Positions 1 through 11,447 of a stretch of DNA of 64,000 nucleotides are shown piece by piece. The stretch comes from Sphyrna mokarran (lineage: Eukaryota), in the NCBI GenBank assembly GCA_024679065.1, contig JAGIQG010000006.1:68882001-68946000 (forward strand), read 5' to 3'. The notes under the pieces are model-generated. The model did no database searches and was not told the DNA's origin. It was given only the letters and a program-made list of their open reading frames with translations. Within the stretch, counting starts at the first letter, position 1. Each line of letters starts with the position of its first letter. A program made the translations under genes and the position numbers.

Positions 1-99
1 ATATTTTTCAATCATTGCTGTAGAACCAGGAACAGAAATAATGCTTCCCATTCCATAGAATTATCAAAAGGACCAAAACGCTTTTGCCGTTTCTGGTGG

Positions 100-317
100 G
101 ATGTTCACTAATGTCCTTTATGTCCTGCATGGAGGAAATTTGCCACCCTTACCTGGTCTGGCTAACATGTGACTCCAAATCCATGATAATGAGGTTCACT
201 CTTAAATGCCCCTCTGAAATGACTAAGCCAACCATTCAATTCAAGGGCAATTGGAGATGGACAACAAATGCTGGCTTTGTTAATAATGCTCACATCCCAC
301 AAAATAGATAAAAAAAT
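100..317 (+). mobile_element. 3' half of a tRNA-derived SINE (same family as 51740-52143)
   Basis: GTTCACTAATGTCC...GGAAATTTGCCACCCTTACCTGGTCTGG body, then AAGGGCAATTGGAGATGGACAACAAATGCTGGC...CACATCCC and an A-rich end, matching the full copy at 51740. Confidence 0.8.
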
Positions 318-1860
318 CAAAACGAGTTAACAGTTTCTGTAATAATGACAGGCTTTGGCAGTTGTGCAAATATTGTTAATGAGGACTTAGACTCAATATT
401 TGCCTGGCATTAAGTCTACCAACTGGGGCTTGGCTCCATGTATGGTGCCTGTTTCAATCCTGAGAACAGGAGTGTTCCATCCCAAACCATAACGCTGAGA
501 CTCAAGTCTCTATTCCCGTTTAGTTTCCAAATCATTCCATTCAGAATTAAATAACATTCACATTTTTTAGGCTTTTACAGGTAAGAACTGAGAAAATTTC
601 CTGCACTGCACTGTAGTAATTATAATCAATATCTCAAGATGTGTGTTAAATACAGAATTTTCTATTTGTCAATCAAACTAAATTGGCTGATAAGAAGTGA
701 AGCATTTTTGTTTTAACAATGCAGAAACTATGCAGTTACCTCAAAGGTACAGGCTGAAAGTAATGTGAAGAAAATGGAATCTTATTCCTGCTGTGGTTTC
801 GAGAACAATAACAGCAATAAATATTAAACTTATATATTAGATTCTACCTAAAGTTTGTGGTCTTGCGTTTTTCATTGATGCGACTCCAGTAAGCCAAGAG
901 AAAATGCTTTTGTACTCTTGCCACATGTAAAAAACCCTCAAAGGTATTGTAATTAAAGTCCAATATTGAAGAGACACAAGAAAACAATGATGAACTAACA
1001 ACTGTGACTCCATGGCATATTTAAATAGCTTTGGTATGGTATCTGCCAAGTGAGTTATTTGTGACATGGTTATCCTTTTAATGATAATGTTTATGGTAAT
1101 TTTATTGGTTAATATAATGTGTTACAGACACAATTAAATAGAGTTGTTCACCAATTATGTGCTGATGTAGGAATGGAGAACTGAAGTTCACAAGTTACAA
1201 CCCACTTGGGACATGATTTCAAAATCATCTTTTCCACCACAACTCAAACAATGATTATGCGACTTGGGGATTCCTTTTGAAATTATTCTTTTAGATTCTA
1301 GTCCTAAAAACAAGGAAATAATTGATCACCTCTGGGATTTAAAGAAATACTGTCTTCATGAAAGATAATACTTGCCAACTATTTTAGAGGGGATTTTGAA
1401 CAAACATAAATATACATGAATCTCGTTGCTTCTACTTGATGGCATTGTGGTGAAGCTGAGACGTAACATTTTTACCTCTCTGACCAGTTTTACCTTTTTT
1501 TCAATTGGTCGCTCTTCTTTATTGGAGAGCACAGTATATTCATATTTTGCTCATGAATCAAGCTATAAATGGAGCTTAGATTATCATTTTTCTCCTTGTC
1601 ACTCTCAGTTGCAACAATGAACTTTAAAAAAAAATGTGGACATGAATAGGATTGGAAAACACAGTTGCAGTCCACCTAGCCATTCTACAAATCAAAAACT
1701 TTCTCTTACTCCCATTTGTCACTTATTTTACTGAAAACTATCTGCTCCTTTGTGAACATTATTTATCTCCACACTTTCATTCACACTCCTGTATATTAAG
1801 CAAATATAATGCATCCATTCATCTTGATCTAAGCTTGACTCAATAACCTCAAGTTATAAT

Positions 1861-2480
1861 AACATAAGGAATAGGATTAGGCCATTTGGCCCCTTGAGCC
1901 TGTTCCACCATTCAGTACCATCATGGCTTATCTTACCCAACTTTCCTGTCTGCCACCTCCCACCCGCTGCCCATAACCCTTGGACCCATTGTAAATCAAA
2001 AGCTGTCTACCTCAGTCTGGAATACAATTGATGTATAGTGGCACAGTGGTTAGCACTGCTGCCTCCCACTGTCAAGGATCCAGGTTCGATTCCTGAGTTT
2101 GGTCACTGTATGTGTCGAGTCTGCATGATCTCCCCATGTTTGTGTGGGTTTCCTCTGGATGCTGTGGTTTGAAAGATGTGCTGATTAGGTGCATTGGTCA
2201 TGCTAAATTCTCCCTCTGTGTACCTGAACAGGCACCAGAGTATGGTGACTAGGGGATTTTCACAGTAACTTCATTTCAGTGTTCATGTAAGCCTACTTGT
2301 GATGCTAACACTTAAAACTTAAACCGGTCTCAACGGCTCTTTTTGGTAAAGAATTCCAATGTCTCTCTGCGCAAAACAAAATTCTCTTTGCCTCAATTTT
2401 AACTGAGAGACCCTTATTTTGAAACCGTGCCCTTAAGTTCTAGATTCTTCCACAAAAAGAAACATCTTCTCAGCATGTAT
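1861..2480 (-). mobile_element. CR1-type LINE 3' end, split by the SINE at 2035-2322
   Basis: Reverse-complement CR1 tail (AACATAAG..AATAGG..TAGGCCATTTGGCCCCTTGAGCCTG..CCACCATTCA); resumes after the SINE with GGTAAAGAATTCCAATG...CTAGATTCTTCCACAA. Confidence 0.75.
2035..2322 (+). mobile_element. HE1/V-SINE-type tRNA-derived SINE, tail variant B
   Basis: A box GTGGCACAGTGGTTAGC, B box GGTTCGATTCC, V-domain-like TCTCCCCATGTTTGTGTGGGTTTCCTC, tail GACTAGGGGATTTTCACAGTAACTTCATT. Confidence 0.9.
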
Positions 2481-4727
2481 CATGATGTTGGGGCATTAAT
2501 CAAAATAATTTAGTATAATTAAGTTATTTCACCTTGAATTGTATTTGATTTTATCCAGTTCCAATAAAGAATACCCACCCACCATTGTAAATACCCCAAA
2601 TTATTAAATTATTTGAGTGAAATATTCAACTTGGTGTTGCAAAAAGCATCCTTCTGAGGCTGGAGTTGAAGTGCATTGAGAGATCAATGAAATAGTGCAA
2701 CATAACTTGTACTAAGCATTGTACTTAACCTGTGAGCATCTGATAACATCATTGAACACCAAGTGGAGACATAGCATTAATTAGCTTTTGTGTAAGTGGC
2801 AATAAGCACATATGCATACAACAAGAGTTTGAGCATTGATTGCATTTCTGGTATGTTTTACTTTATTGGCAAATTTCCTCTGTTCGATAATAATAGTTTC
2901 AAACATGCTTGGAAACATTTCTTCTATTTACAATTTGTTATCTTTATAATCATGCTTCGCTGATTAATGTTATGTGGATAGATTGTGGTTAAATGAAACC
3001 ATGAAAAATAAATGGAAGGCCTGGGTTCCCAAAGGAAGACATGGGTTTCCAACTAATATTAAGATTAGTGAAGTCCTAACTGGTTTAGTCTGCCATCCCA
3101 CAAACTTAATTAGAAATCAGCAAGCTGCAGCAGATTTCTATGCAGAAGACCACACATTGCAGAATTACTGCCTATTATCATCCCAGCAGTTAGTAGGCCA
3201 ACAATAACACATAGAGCTAAATACTGTGCATTTCATAAGTGGAAAGGATTAACTACTGGGTACACAGTACAACATAGGAAATTGCTTTATTCCCAGACTG
3301 CTGAGTCTCCTGGGGGAACAGTATATCTCCAGCCTATTAACAACCATCCGAGCATTACCTCCTGTAGGATGAGGTTATTGGCTAACCACCAGGTGACCAA
3401 TTAAATGCGATAATTTAGGCCCAAACCAAACAGTGAGTAGTCTGTTTTTGACAGTGGTGTCATGCCAGAGATTGGAAATCTTGTTGAAAATATTATTTAT
3501 TATCTCTCCAGAGAGCACATGTAATTATTGTAGAATAAGACCTTGCATATGTAAAGTCTTGTCCAAAACCCATTCAAGCAAATGGGTGTACTGTTAATTT
3601 AGCGAGAGACCCTTCTGCTAGTTGGCAAAGCTGACATCAGCAGTTAAAGAATGAAAAGCAGTTTGCGAATTCTTGTATGCAGCTTCAAATCATATTGTTG
3701 CAGGAACCTTAAGAATATTAGAATATTCAGGGGACTGACCTTTTGCACTGATCATTATATTGAAATATTTAAGCTGTTGAGGGCACTTTGTTACAGCAAA
3801 ATTTATTGCAAAACAAGATCTTCTTCACTTCCTTTGTTTAAATTTTGGGATATGGATGATAGAGGGCTAGATTGTCTATCCTTAGCTGACAGGAAAAGGT
3901 CTTAGGAATTCTGAAATTCTTGAAGTCATGGTTCTCTTCCAAAAGTTTCAAATTAAAATCTCAATACATCGACACAGTAAGAATGAAAAAATTGACATTT
4001 TTGGCTAAGTCGAAATGAATGTGATTTGGAAGAGAACTTGGGAATGAAGAGATCCCCATCTTTGAATGAGAATTAGAAAAAAGGCATCCATAGGTGCTGC
4101 AAAAACTAACATAAGATTGAAGTATTTCATTGCAGTAAATATTAATGTTGGTGCAGAAATTCATATTGTGATTTCATTAAGAATCATACTCTTCACAGAA
4201 CAAGAACATCATGATCCCAAAAATCCATAGGATGGTGCATTTTAGTATATTTACAAAACATATGGGTTAAAGGAAATCCCATGATCTAAGTGTCATCAGC
4301 AGCAGGAGAGACATTTGAGTTAATCCATCAACCCCCAGCCCTCCATTCAAATGGTCAGAAGACGTGGAAGACAGCATTGTGTCAATTTGAGCAATGCGCT
4401 TCCTTTCTCTCGGCAGAATGGCTGCAAGTGCCACAGCCACTAAGAATCATACTTATGGCCAAATCATTGGGAATACGAGCCTTGATCAACCTGAATCTCT
4501 GGATAAGCCACACACCTGAAGATGGAATGCAAGATATCCAGCAAAGGTCCCAAGCAAAAGACTGATAAAAATTGATATTCAGGCTCCCTTTTTCATGGAC
4601 TTTTAAGATACAGTAAGAGGCTCAGCCCCACAAGCCGTGGAACAAGTCTGGGAATCTATTGGAATTTTCAGAGTATACAATCCAGCTTAACATCAGGAAT
4701 AATGTCAGGTGGGAAGGTAAATCTCAT

Positions 4728-4833
4728 GGGCAGGATTCTCCAACCATTCACACCTGTGAGATTCTCTCATCCTTCTGCAGTGAATAGAGATTTGGCTGAG
4801 CCTGGGGCGTGAATGGCCAGAGAATTCCAGCCA
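4728..4833. mobile_element. Short non-autonomous TIR element (MITE-like)
   Basis: Imperfect inverted ends GGGCAGGATTCTCC / AGAGAATTCCAGCC, about 105 bp; related ends recur across the window. Confidence 0.55.
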
Positions 4834-5089
4834 AGGAGTCAACTATTCTTAAAAAAAGTCAGTGTTTATCAGTAAAAGGATGTGATTTTATTTATGCATG
4901 GAACATATCAAATTTCAGGCAAAAAAAAATCTATACTTTTCCATGTCGGTGTCCACATTGATAGCAAAACTTGTAACCTGAGTGCTAGACACTTTTCAGA
5001 GCTATAAGTACATTTTGTGGAGCTGGCAGAGACCCTTAAGCAGTCTTTTTATCAGAGTGTGCAAGGGACCTCATATCAGTTGAAGGTGG

Positions 5090-5480
5090 CCACACAGAAT
5101 GCTGATAATTATCCAGGGCCAATATGTAGTCCATATTCCACTCCCATAGCCTGAATGTTTATTTCCTTCAATTTTCCATGTGAAAACAATAATTGTCTCT
5201 GATTTATAACTCTTGTGGGCAAGTTCCAGCTCATAGATACTCACTGTGTATAAAAGTTCTTTCTCACATTTCGCACCCATCCACTCCTACCGCATCTCTT
5301 TCTATTTATATCTTGATAACATTTTCTTGGATGTCCTTTTCTGTTCACTGTCTTTCTATTCTTATATTCTCTTTTTACAAATCTTACCTCCTCTTTCTCC
5401 TCCATCTCTACCTATGGTATTCATCACTAAGAGAAGTTAACAGTAAACTTGTACAATTTACCAATTCCCTTACATGTGGT
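5090..5480 (-). mobile_element. Old CR1-type LINE 3' remnant
   Basis: Minus strand reads GAGAAAGAACTTTTATACACAGTGAGT..CTGGAACTTGC (decayed RRNFFTQRVV..WN.LP), then a GGCTATGGG tail. Confidence 0.55.
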
Positions 5481-5733
5481 AGGTAAGCTAACAGCATGAA
5501 ACACATTGCCCATAGGTAGTTTGTAATTTACAGGTAGAAAATCAGAATGTACAGTTGTTTATTGAGAGCCTGCAGCAGCAATTTAAATGGGATGAGTAAG
5601 AAGCAACTTTGAAGCAGTAGGCAACATGAATTCAGCTCCTACAGATATTTTAATGGTAAAAGGGCACTATCCATTGCAAAATGAATATCCCACATGTTCT
5701 TGTGAGATTTATTTCAGAGGAAGTAGAAGGAAA

Positions 5734-6168
5734 AAAGAAAGACTTGCATTTATATAATGCTTTTCACAACCATCAGCCATATCACAAAGCACAAGCAACA
5801 AACTGTGGATGGTGGAATCTGGAACAAAAACAGAAAATGCTGGAAAATTGTGCCAACATTTGGAATCAGGATGACTCTTTGTCAGAGCTCTAACGAAAGG
5901 TAATCCTGACTTGAATTATAATAAAGCACTTTGCATTGAATGAATTACTTTTGGAGAGTAGTATTTGCTAAAATGTAGGAGGCATAGCAGTCAATATGGG
6001 TACAGCAATGTGATAATGACCACATAATCTGTGTTGTGATGTACATTGAAGACAAATATTGGTCAAAACACAGAGGATGACTATCCTGCTCATCTGCAAA
6101 ATGGGACCGTGGAATCTTTTATATCTATCTGAAAGGGCAGATAGTTTAATGTCTCATCTGAAAAAGCT
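5734..6168 (-). mobile_element. Deu-domain SINE (SacSINE1/AmnSINE1-like), interrupted at about 5790-5915
   Basis: AAAGACTTGCATTTATATAATGCTTTTCACAACC, CAGCAATGTGATAATGACCACATAATCTG and CCGTGGAATCTTT are the reverse complement of the Deu-SINE copy at 35585. Confidence 0.75.
5790..5915 (-). mobile_element. Penelope-like element terminus with a short inverted junction
   Basis: ACTGTGGATGGTGGAATCTGGAACAAAAACAGAAAATGCTGGAAAA followed by inverted pair TCAGGATGACTCTTTGTCAGA / TCTAACGAAAGGTAATCCTGA. Confidence 0.55.
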
Positions 6169-8455
6169 GTTGAGAATCCATTTAAATATGACTTCACCTC
6201 TATGACCTGTGTTTCATTGTGCGGTTGGAATCTAAATGGGGATTTGGGGAAATGTCTGTTCTCCCAAAATATGCTGCTTGAGTCTATATTTTCTCAAAGC
6301 CATTACTTTTTACCTACAGTGAATGTTTACACATTTGGACTTCTACACAAGGCTGGAACTTCCCCTCTTACCAGATCTCTTTTGCTTCTCTGTCAAGTGA
6401 TCGGACATTGTTATTGCATTATCATCATGTATGATTCTGATGTTAACCTTTTATTCTACATATCCTCCTACATCCTTATCCCTGTCAAATTTATATCCTC
6501 CAACATTATTTATATTATTTATATCTCCCCTCAAAGACTCAGGCTTCACAGGGTTAGTATCTGAGGTTCTTAATCTCCCTGATCTCCTTTCAAAGTCTAG
6601 GATATTCTGTATCCTCTGCCAGTGTGAATTTTCTTCTTGGAGAACTTTATGGTAGCACGTGGGTTGGGGATTCTCCAGGCTCATTACCCCGCTCATGATG
6701 ACCTGAAGAATCAGGAAACGGCAGGAAAACAGGTTTTGCACTAAATGCCAAACCCACTGTGTCCCTCCCAGTCCAAACTACTGGCCCCAATCTTTGAAGT
6801 GGTTTGCAAAAGAAGAAGTGAAACCATAGGCTGTCAATTAGGCTTAGACTCTGTCTACACTGCAGTCAGGTTCAATGGGGTTCTTGCAGTGCAATCAATT
6901 GTAAAGGGAAATCAGAATAAACACAGGGAACTGGAGGAGTATGAAAATCCACAGAAATGACAGTTGAATCTTTTAGGAGCTAATACACATTGAATTTGTT
7001 ACAGATTAAGGTTTTAAATGCAATGGAAAAGGTTTCAATAATTTCTGCTTGCACAGAAGCCTCAACAACTTCAAGTCAAAGCTGTATGCATACATTGGGG
7101 CTGAGCACTGCAGATTCGAAAAACCTACCTCCATCCAGTGAAGTTGGCATCTCCTCTCTGTCAGAGGACTTCAAAGGATCTGCCCTCACCTGCAACTTTT
7201 GACAGGGAGAAAAGAAAATTTCTGCAGCACAATGGAGTGCTGCAATGACTTAAAAACTTGCCAGGTGTTCAGTGGAGCACAAAGTTAAAAACGAACTGGC
7301 CACTTCAGAATTTGCACAGCTGGCAGTCAGCAATGCAGATACTGATCACAGAACTGCCTGAAATCACCATGCCAGGGATAATGTTCCAGATTTGCAGGGC
7401 TAGAAGGAGCAGTCCAGCCACAACACCCCCATGCTGGTGGAGAGTGATAAGGTCAACCCCTTGCCCCTGTCCAAGTCCACCCAAATGCCCAGAATCCTTG
7501 AGGGACCTGTCCTCTGCAGTCTGGATGCAGTAGAGGGACAAATGGCCACTGAGCCTACCACCTTGAGCCTCCTGGGCCTATAGTGCAAAGCCTGGGTGTC
7601 AGTGCTAGAGGCCAGTGCACCATTGACACTGTCAAAACATATAGCTGAGTGGGGGTCCTGAGGGGTGAGGGTCCCTGAGTGGAAGAGTTTGAGGGGATGA
7701 TTGCCTGAGTGGGGTACTATGTCACCCTCATGTCGGAGTGGTGTGACTGGGAGGTTAGCCATTATTTGTGGGTGGGGGGAGGATGCCTCACTTTGGTGAG
7801 GGGTTGGTAGTGCTATTCTTGTCAGTGTCACTGACAAGGGTATGGGGCTACTTTTTTTGGGGGGGGGGGGTGGAATCTGTTTCTGAGTGCAGAGTTCAGT
7901 TTGCCATTTAAAAATTTTGACCCAGTCTCAGAACTGGCCAGCGGGTTGCCTGATATGGATAAATTAGCACCTTTCAGGTGGAAAAATCCTCCAGGTTTCC
8001 CACTAGTGTGGACACTTAATGCCAGTTTGGGAGATTCGCAGTCTTAATGTTTCTTCTTCTTCATTAGGATCTGAGTAGCAAATCGAAGTTACTTTCACTT
8101 TCTTTCAAGGATATTAAGGCACTTTAGTATCTCCTTATGATACCCTGGTTTGTCTGAATACAGTATAACCTTGGTTGCAAAGCTTTTGCCAATAACTGTA
8201 CCTTTCTTCTGTTGGTCTTGGACACATACATTCTCCACGGGCTTCAGCATTGGCAAATTACAATACATATGCCTGGAATAAAGTTCCAAGTCTGGTTGCT
8301 TTTCTATTCTTCCTCTTGCTATTTTATCCTCTAGTGGTTGTTCATGTGATATTGGGTTTGGGTTTTCAAGCTAGAGATAGAAGCTGTGATCTCAATTTCC
8401 TTCTCATGAGTAACTCTGATGCTGAGAAGCCATTTTTGAGATTTAATAATTATTG

Positions 8456-8720
8456 TGGCACAACAGCACGTAGTTAGCACTGCTGCCTTACAGCACTAGC
8501 AATCCAGGTCTGATTCCCGACTTGGGTCACTGTCTTTACGTTCTCCCCATGTCTGCGTGAATTTACTCCAGGTGCTTCGGTTTCCTCCCACCGTTTGAAA
8601 GACATGCTGGTGAAGTGCATTGACCTGAACAGGCACCTGAGTGTGGCCACTGGGGGAATTTCACAGTTACTTCATTGTGATGTTAATGTAATCCTTACTT
8701 ATGAGTGATAAATAAACTTA
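8456..8720 (+). mobile_element. HE1/V-SINE-type SINE, tail variant B, inserted in the Gypsy integrase
   Basis: GTTAGCACTGCTGCCTTACAGC..CTTGGGTCACTGTC..GTTCTCCCCATGTCTGCGTG..GGGGGAATTTCACAGTTACTTCATTG..AATAAACTT. Confidence 0.9.
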
Positions 8721-8835
8721 CTGAGTGCAGAAGTGCTAGATTAAGGTCTTTGTTCTTCTTCAATACGTCTTTAATAGTTTGCATCCATTTCTCAGCTTTC
8801 CCATTAAAGATAGCGAAATGAATCCTCACACCTCA

Positions 8836-9125
8836 AAGGGCACACGAGTTTAAGGTGTGAGGGACAAGATTTAAAGGAAATGTATGAGGCAATTTTTTTA
8901 CACAGAAGGTGGTGGGTGCCTGGAACTCACTGTCAGGGGAGGTAGTGGAAGCGTGTATGATAATGACTTTTAAAGGGGGTATTGACAATACATGAATAGG
9001 ATGGGGAATAGAGGCATATGGTCTCTGGAAGGATGGGTGATTTTAGCTAAGTCAGTCAGTATGGTCGGTGTAGGCTTAGAGGGCTAAAGTAGCTGTTCCT
9101 GTGCTGTAATTTTCTTTGTTCTTTT
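8836..9125 (+). mobile_element. CR1-type LINE 3' fragment inserted in Gypsy
   Basis: AATTTTTTTACACAGAAGGTGGTGGGTGCCTGGAACTCACTG (NFFTQKVVGAWNSL), tail CTGTTCCTGTGCTGTAATTTTCTTTGTTC. Confidence 0.85.
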
Positions 9126-9455
9126 TTCTCTATTTTCTTTGATTGTATGAACAAAGCCAAATTCATTTGTAAAATTGTGGAATAGCTCATTAGCAATTTG
9201 CAGCCCACTATCAAATGCTATAGCTTCTGGAATGCCATGTGTTACATAAATTCTCTTGTGGATTGGATGACAGCTTCTACTGTGGGACTATGCAATTTGT
9301 TTATTTAATTCAGCATGAATAATAATCAATGACAATAAGGAATGTTTTCTTTCTTAATTCAAATAAATCCATTCCGAAGCCTTAATGGAAAAATGAAAGA
9401 TAGTAATTGTTCCTTTAGTTTTAGGCTGTTGATGCCACAAGAATCATTGAATAAA

Positions 9456-9794
9456 ATCATAGAATTTCTAAGGTGTAGAAGGAGGCCATGCAGCCCATCG
9501 ACTCTGCACCGACTCTCTGACAGAGCATCTTATCCTGGCCTACCCCATCCCTATAACCCTATGCATACCCCAAATCCATATATTTTGGGTTACTAAGGGA
9601 CAATTTAGCATGGCCAGTCCACCTAATCTGCACATTATTCTACTGTGGGAAGAAACTAGAGCACCTAGAGGAAACCCATGCAGAATGGAGAGAATGTGCA
9701 AATTCCATACAGACAGTCACCCAACACCGGAATTGAACCCGGGTTTCTGATGCTGTGAAGCATCAGTGTTAACCACTGTGACACCGTGCAGCCC
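9456..9794 (-). mobile_element. HE1/V-SINE-type SINE with CR1-like tail (variant A), inserted in Gypsy
   Basis: Reverse complement of the tRNA head (GGAATTGAACCCGGG..AACCACTGTG), V-domain and CATAGAA...GAAGGAGGCCAT tail. Confidence 0.9.
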
Positions 9795-10871
9795 CCTGTA
9801 AGACAGTTAGAAATTTTGTCAGTGAGGTGAGTAATGCCTGATTAGCAGACCGTTTGCTGACATTTTGCTTTCCCTAGATGACTTTGATGGTATCTTTGAA
9901 GAATATCAGGCTGAAGTGTTCCAAGTACAATTATTCTCGTGCTGAACTCAACTAAGTTGTCAATGATTGTGAGCTGTTCAATGTACTGCTGTAGTATTGG
10001 ATTAGTGGAGATGTAGTCCAGTCATTTTTCTAGACAATATTCATTGACTTAGAAATGTTCTTGTTGCTGGGTTTGTTTTATTTCTTGTAACTTTTTTTGC
10101 ACTAGCTGGGAAGTATCCAGTGATTAAAGATGTATATGCTTGATTGACCATCCTAAGGAAACTTTGAAACTCAATAATGTTCTTGGGCTTTGGAAATTCT
10201 CTGATTACTTTTGTTTTTGTGATCAACTGTGATTCCAGTGGCTTATATAATGTGCCTTATAAACATGATCATTGGTTTGGCAAACACATTTTCCATTTAA
10301 TGCTAGGCTTGCATCCTGTAAAGCTCTCAGAACTGCACTGACTCTGTGATCATGCTCTTCTCTTATGGAGCTATGCATAAGTATGTTGCCCATATGGTAT
10401 ATTTCTCCTTCCATGCTCTAGAGGAGAGACATTATTCTCTGAAAATTCTTGGCATGGACATAATTCCAAATGGTGGAAGTATTCCTATTGAAACAATAAT
10501 GATTGAATTGCATTATAAATGTGGTTAGAAATCTGGATTTTTGTTCAAAGGCAACTGCCAAACATTTGCATCCAATTTGGTCAATAAAGCATTCTTGGCT
10601 AGTTTGACATGAATCACATCCATTAAGACTATCTTATGTTCCATCAATTTGTTTAGTTGGGTGAAATCCATGCTGATTCATAAAGAATCATTTTGCTTTG
10701 GGACCTTGACCGTTCTTGAACACCATTTTGTTGGCATGGTGACTTGTGAGATAACCTCTTGTGGTTGCATCTTTTTAATTTCACCCTTGACATTGTCCAA
10801 GACTGGGACTTTCCTTCATGTAAAGAGGCAAATTAGTTTAACATTATCTAATTATAGTGCTATGGTACTAT

Positions 10872-11447
10872 ACACAGGATTTTCCAGTCCTCCCAGTGCT
10901 GTGGGTTTTCTGATAGGCATGATGTAGAGAAGCTGGTGTTGGACTCGGGTAAACACAGTAAGAAGTCTGACAACTCCAGGTTTAAGTCCAACCAATTTAT
11001 TTGATAGTAAACTCACAAGCTTTCAAGGTTATCCTCTTTGTCAGGTGAATGAGGTGTTCTGGTCTCTTAAAATGGCTTTAACACTACTTTAAGACTTGAA
11101 TAGCTGGTTAGGTGTAAAGATTCGCATTCTAATCAGTAATCTGTAAACAGCCTGTGCCGTTATATGTGCTGTTTGAGACCGGAACACCTCATTCACCTGA
11201 CAAAGAGGATAACCTCGAAAGCTTGTGAATTTACTATCAAAAAAATCGGTTGGACTTAGACCTAGTGTTGTCAGACTTCTTACTGTGTTTTCTGGCAGCA
11301 CAGGCCATTTGCCATCAGGGGGAATATTCCTGTTTCACTGATGAATACAACATTTTGTGTAGTTTGAATATCCTGTAACCAGGGAACCCATCATGAGGGT
11401 CATCTTCAGTGGGACCAGAAGATCCTTTTAGTAGGAAGGATACCCGA
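10872..11447. mobile_element. MITE-like TIR element inserted in Gypsy pol and itself interrupted by a Penelope-like insert
   Basis: Begins CAGGATTTTCCAGTCC; segment GAACCCATCATGAGGGTCATCTTCAGTGGGACCAGAAGATC matches the element at 54730-54942; Gypsy reading GLGKLKI|YH resumes across it. Confidence 0.6.
10918..11290. mobile_element. Penelope-like element end with inverted pseudo-LTR arms carrying minimal hammerhead motifs
   Basis: Arms 10951-11066 and 11175-11290 are inverted copies (8 mismatches in 116 bp); right arm ATTCAC-CTGACAA-A-GAGG-ATAA-CCTC-GAAA-GCTT-GTGAAT; probable TSD GTTTTCTGATAG (10905) / GTTTTCTGGCAG (11287). Confidence 0.8.

Noticed and set aside
2038-2095. tRNA-like A and B boxes here and in other SINE heads
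   Set aside because: They continue into SINE bodies and lack a complete cloverleaf, so they are not tRNA genes.
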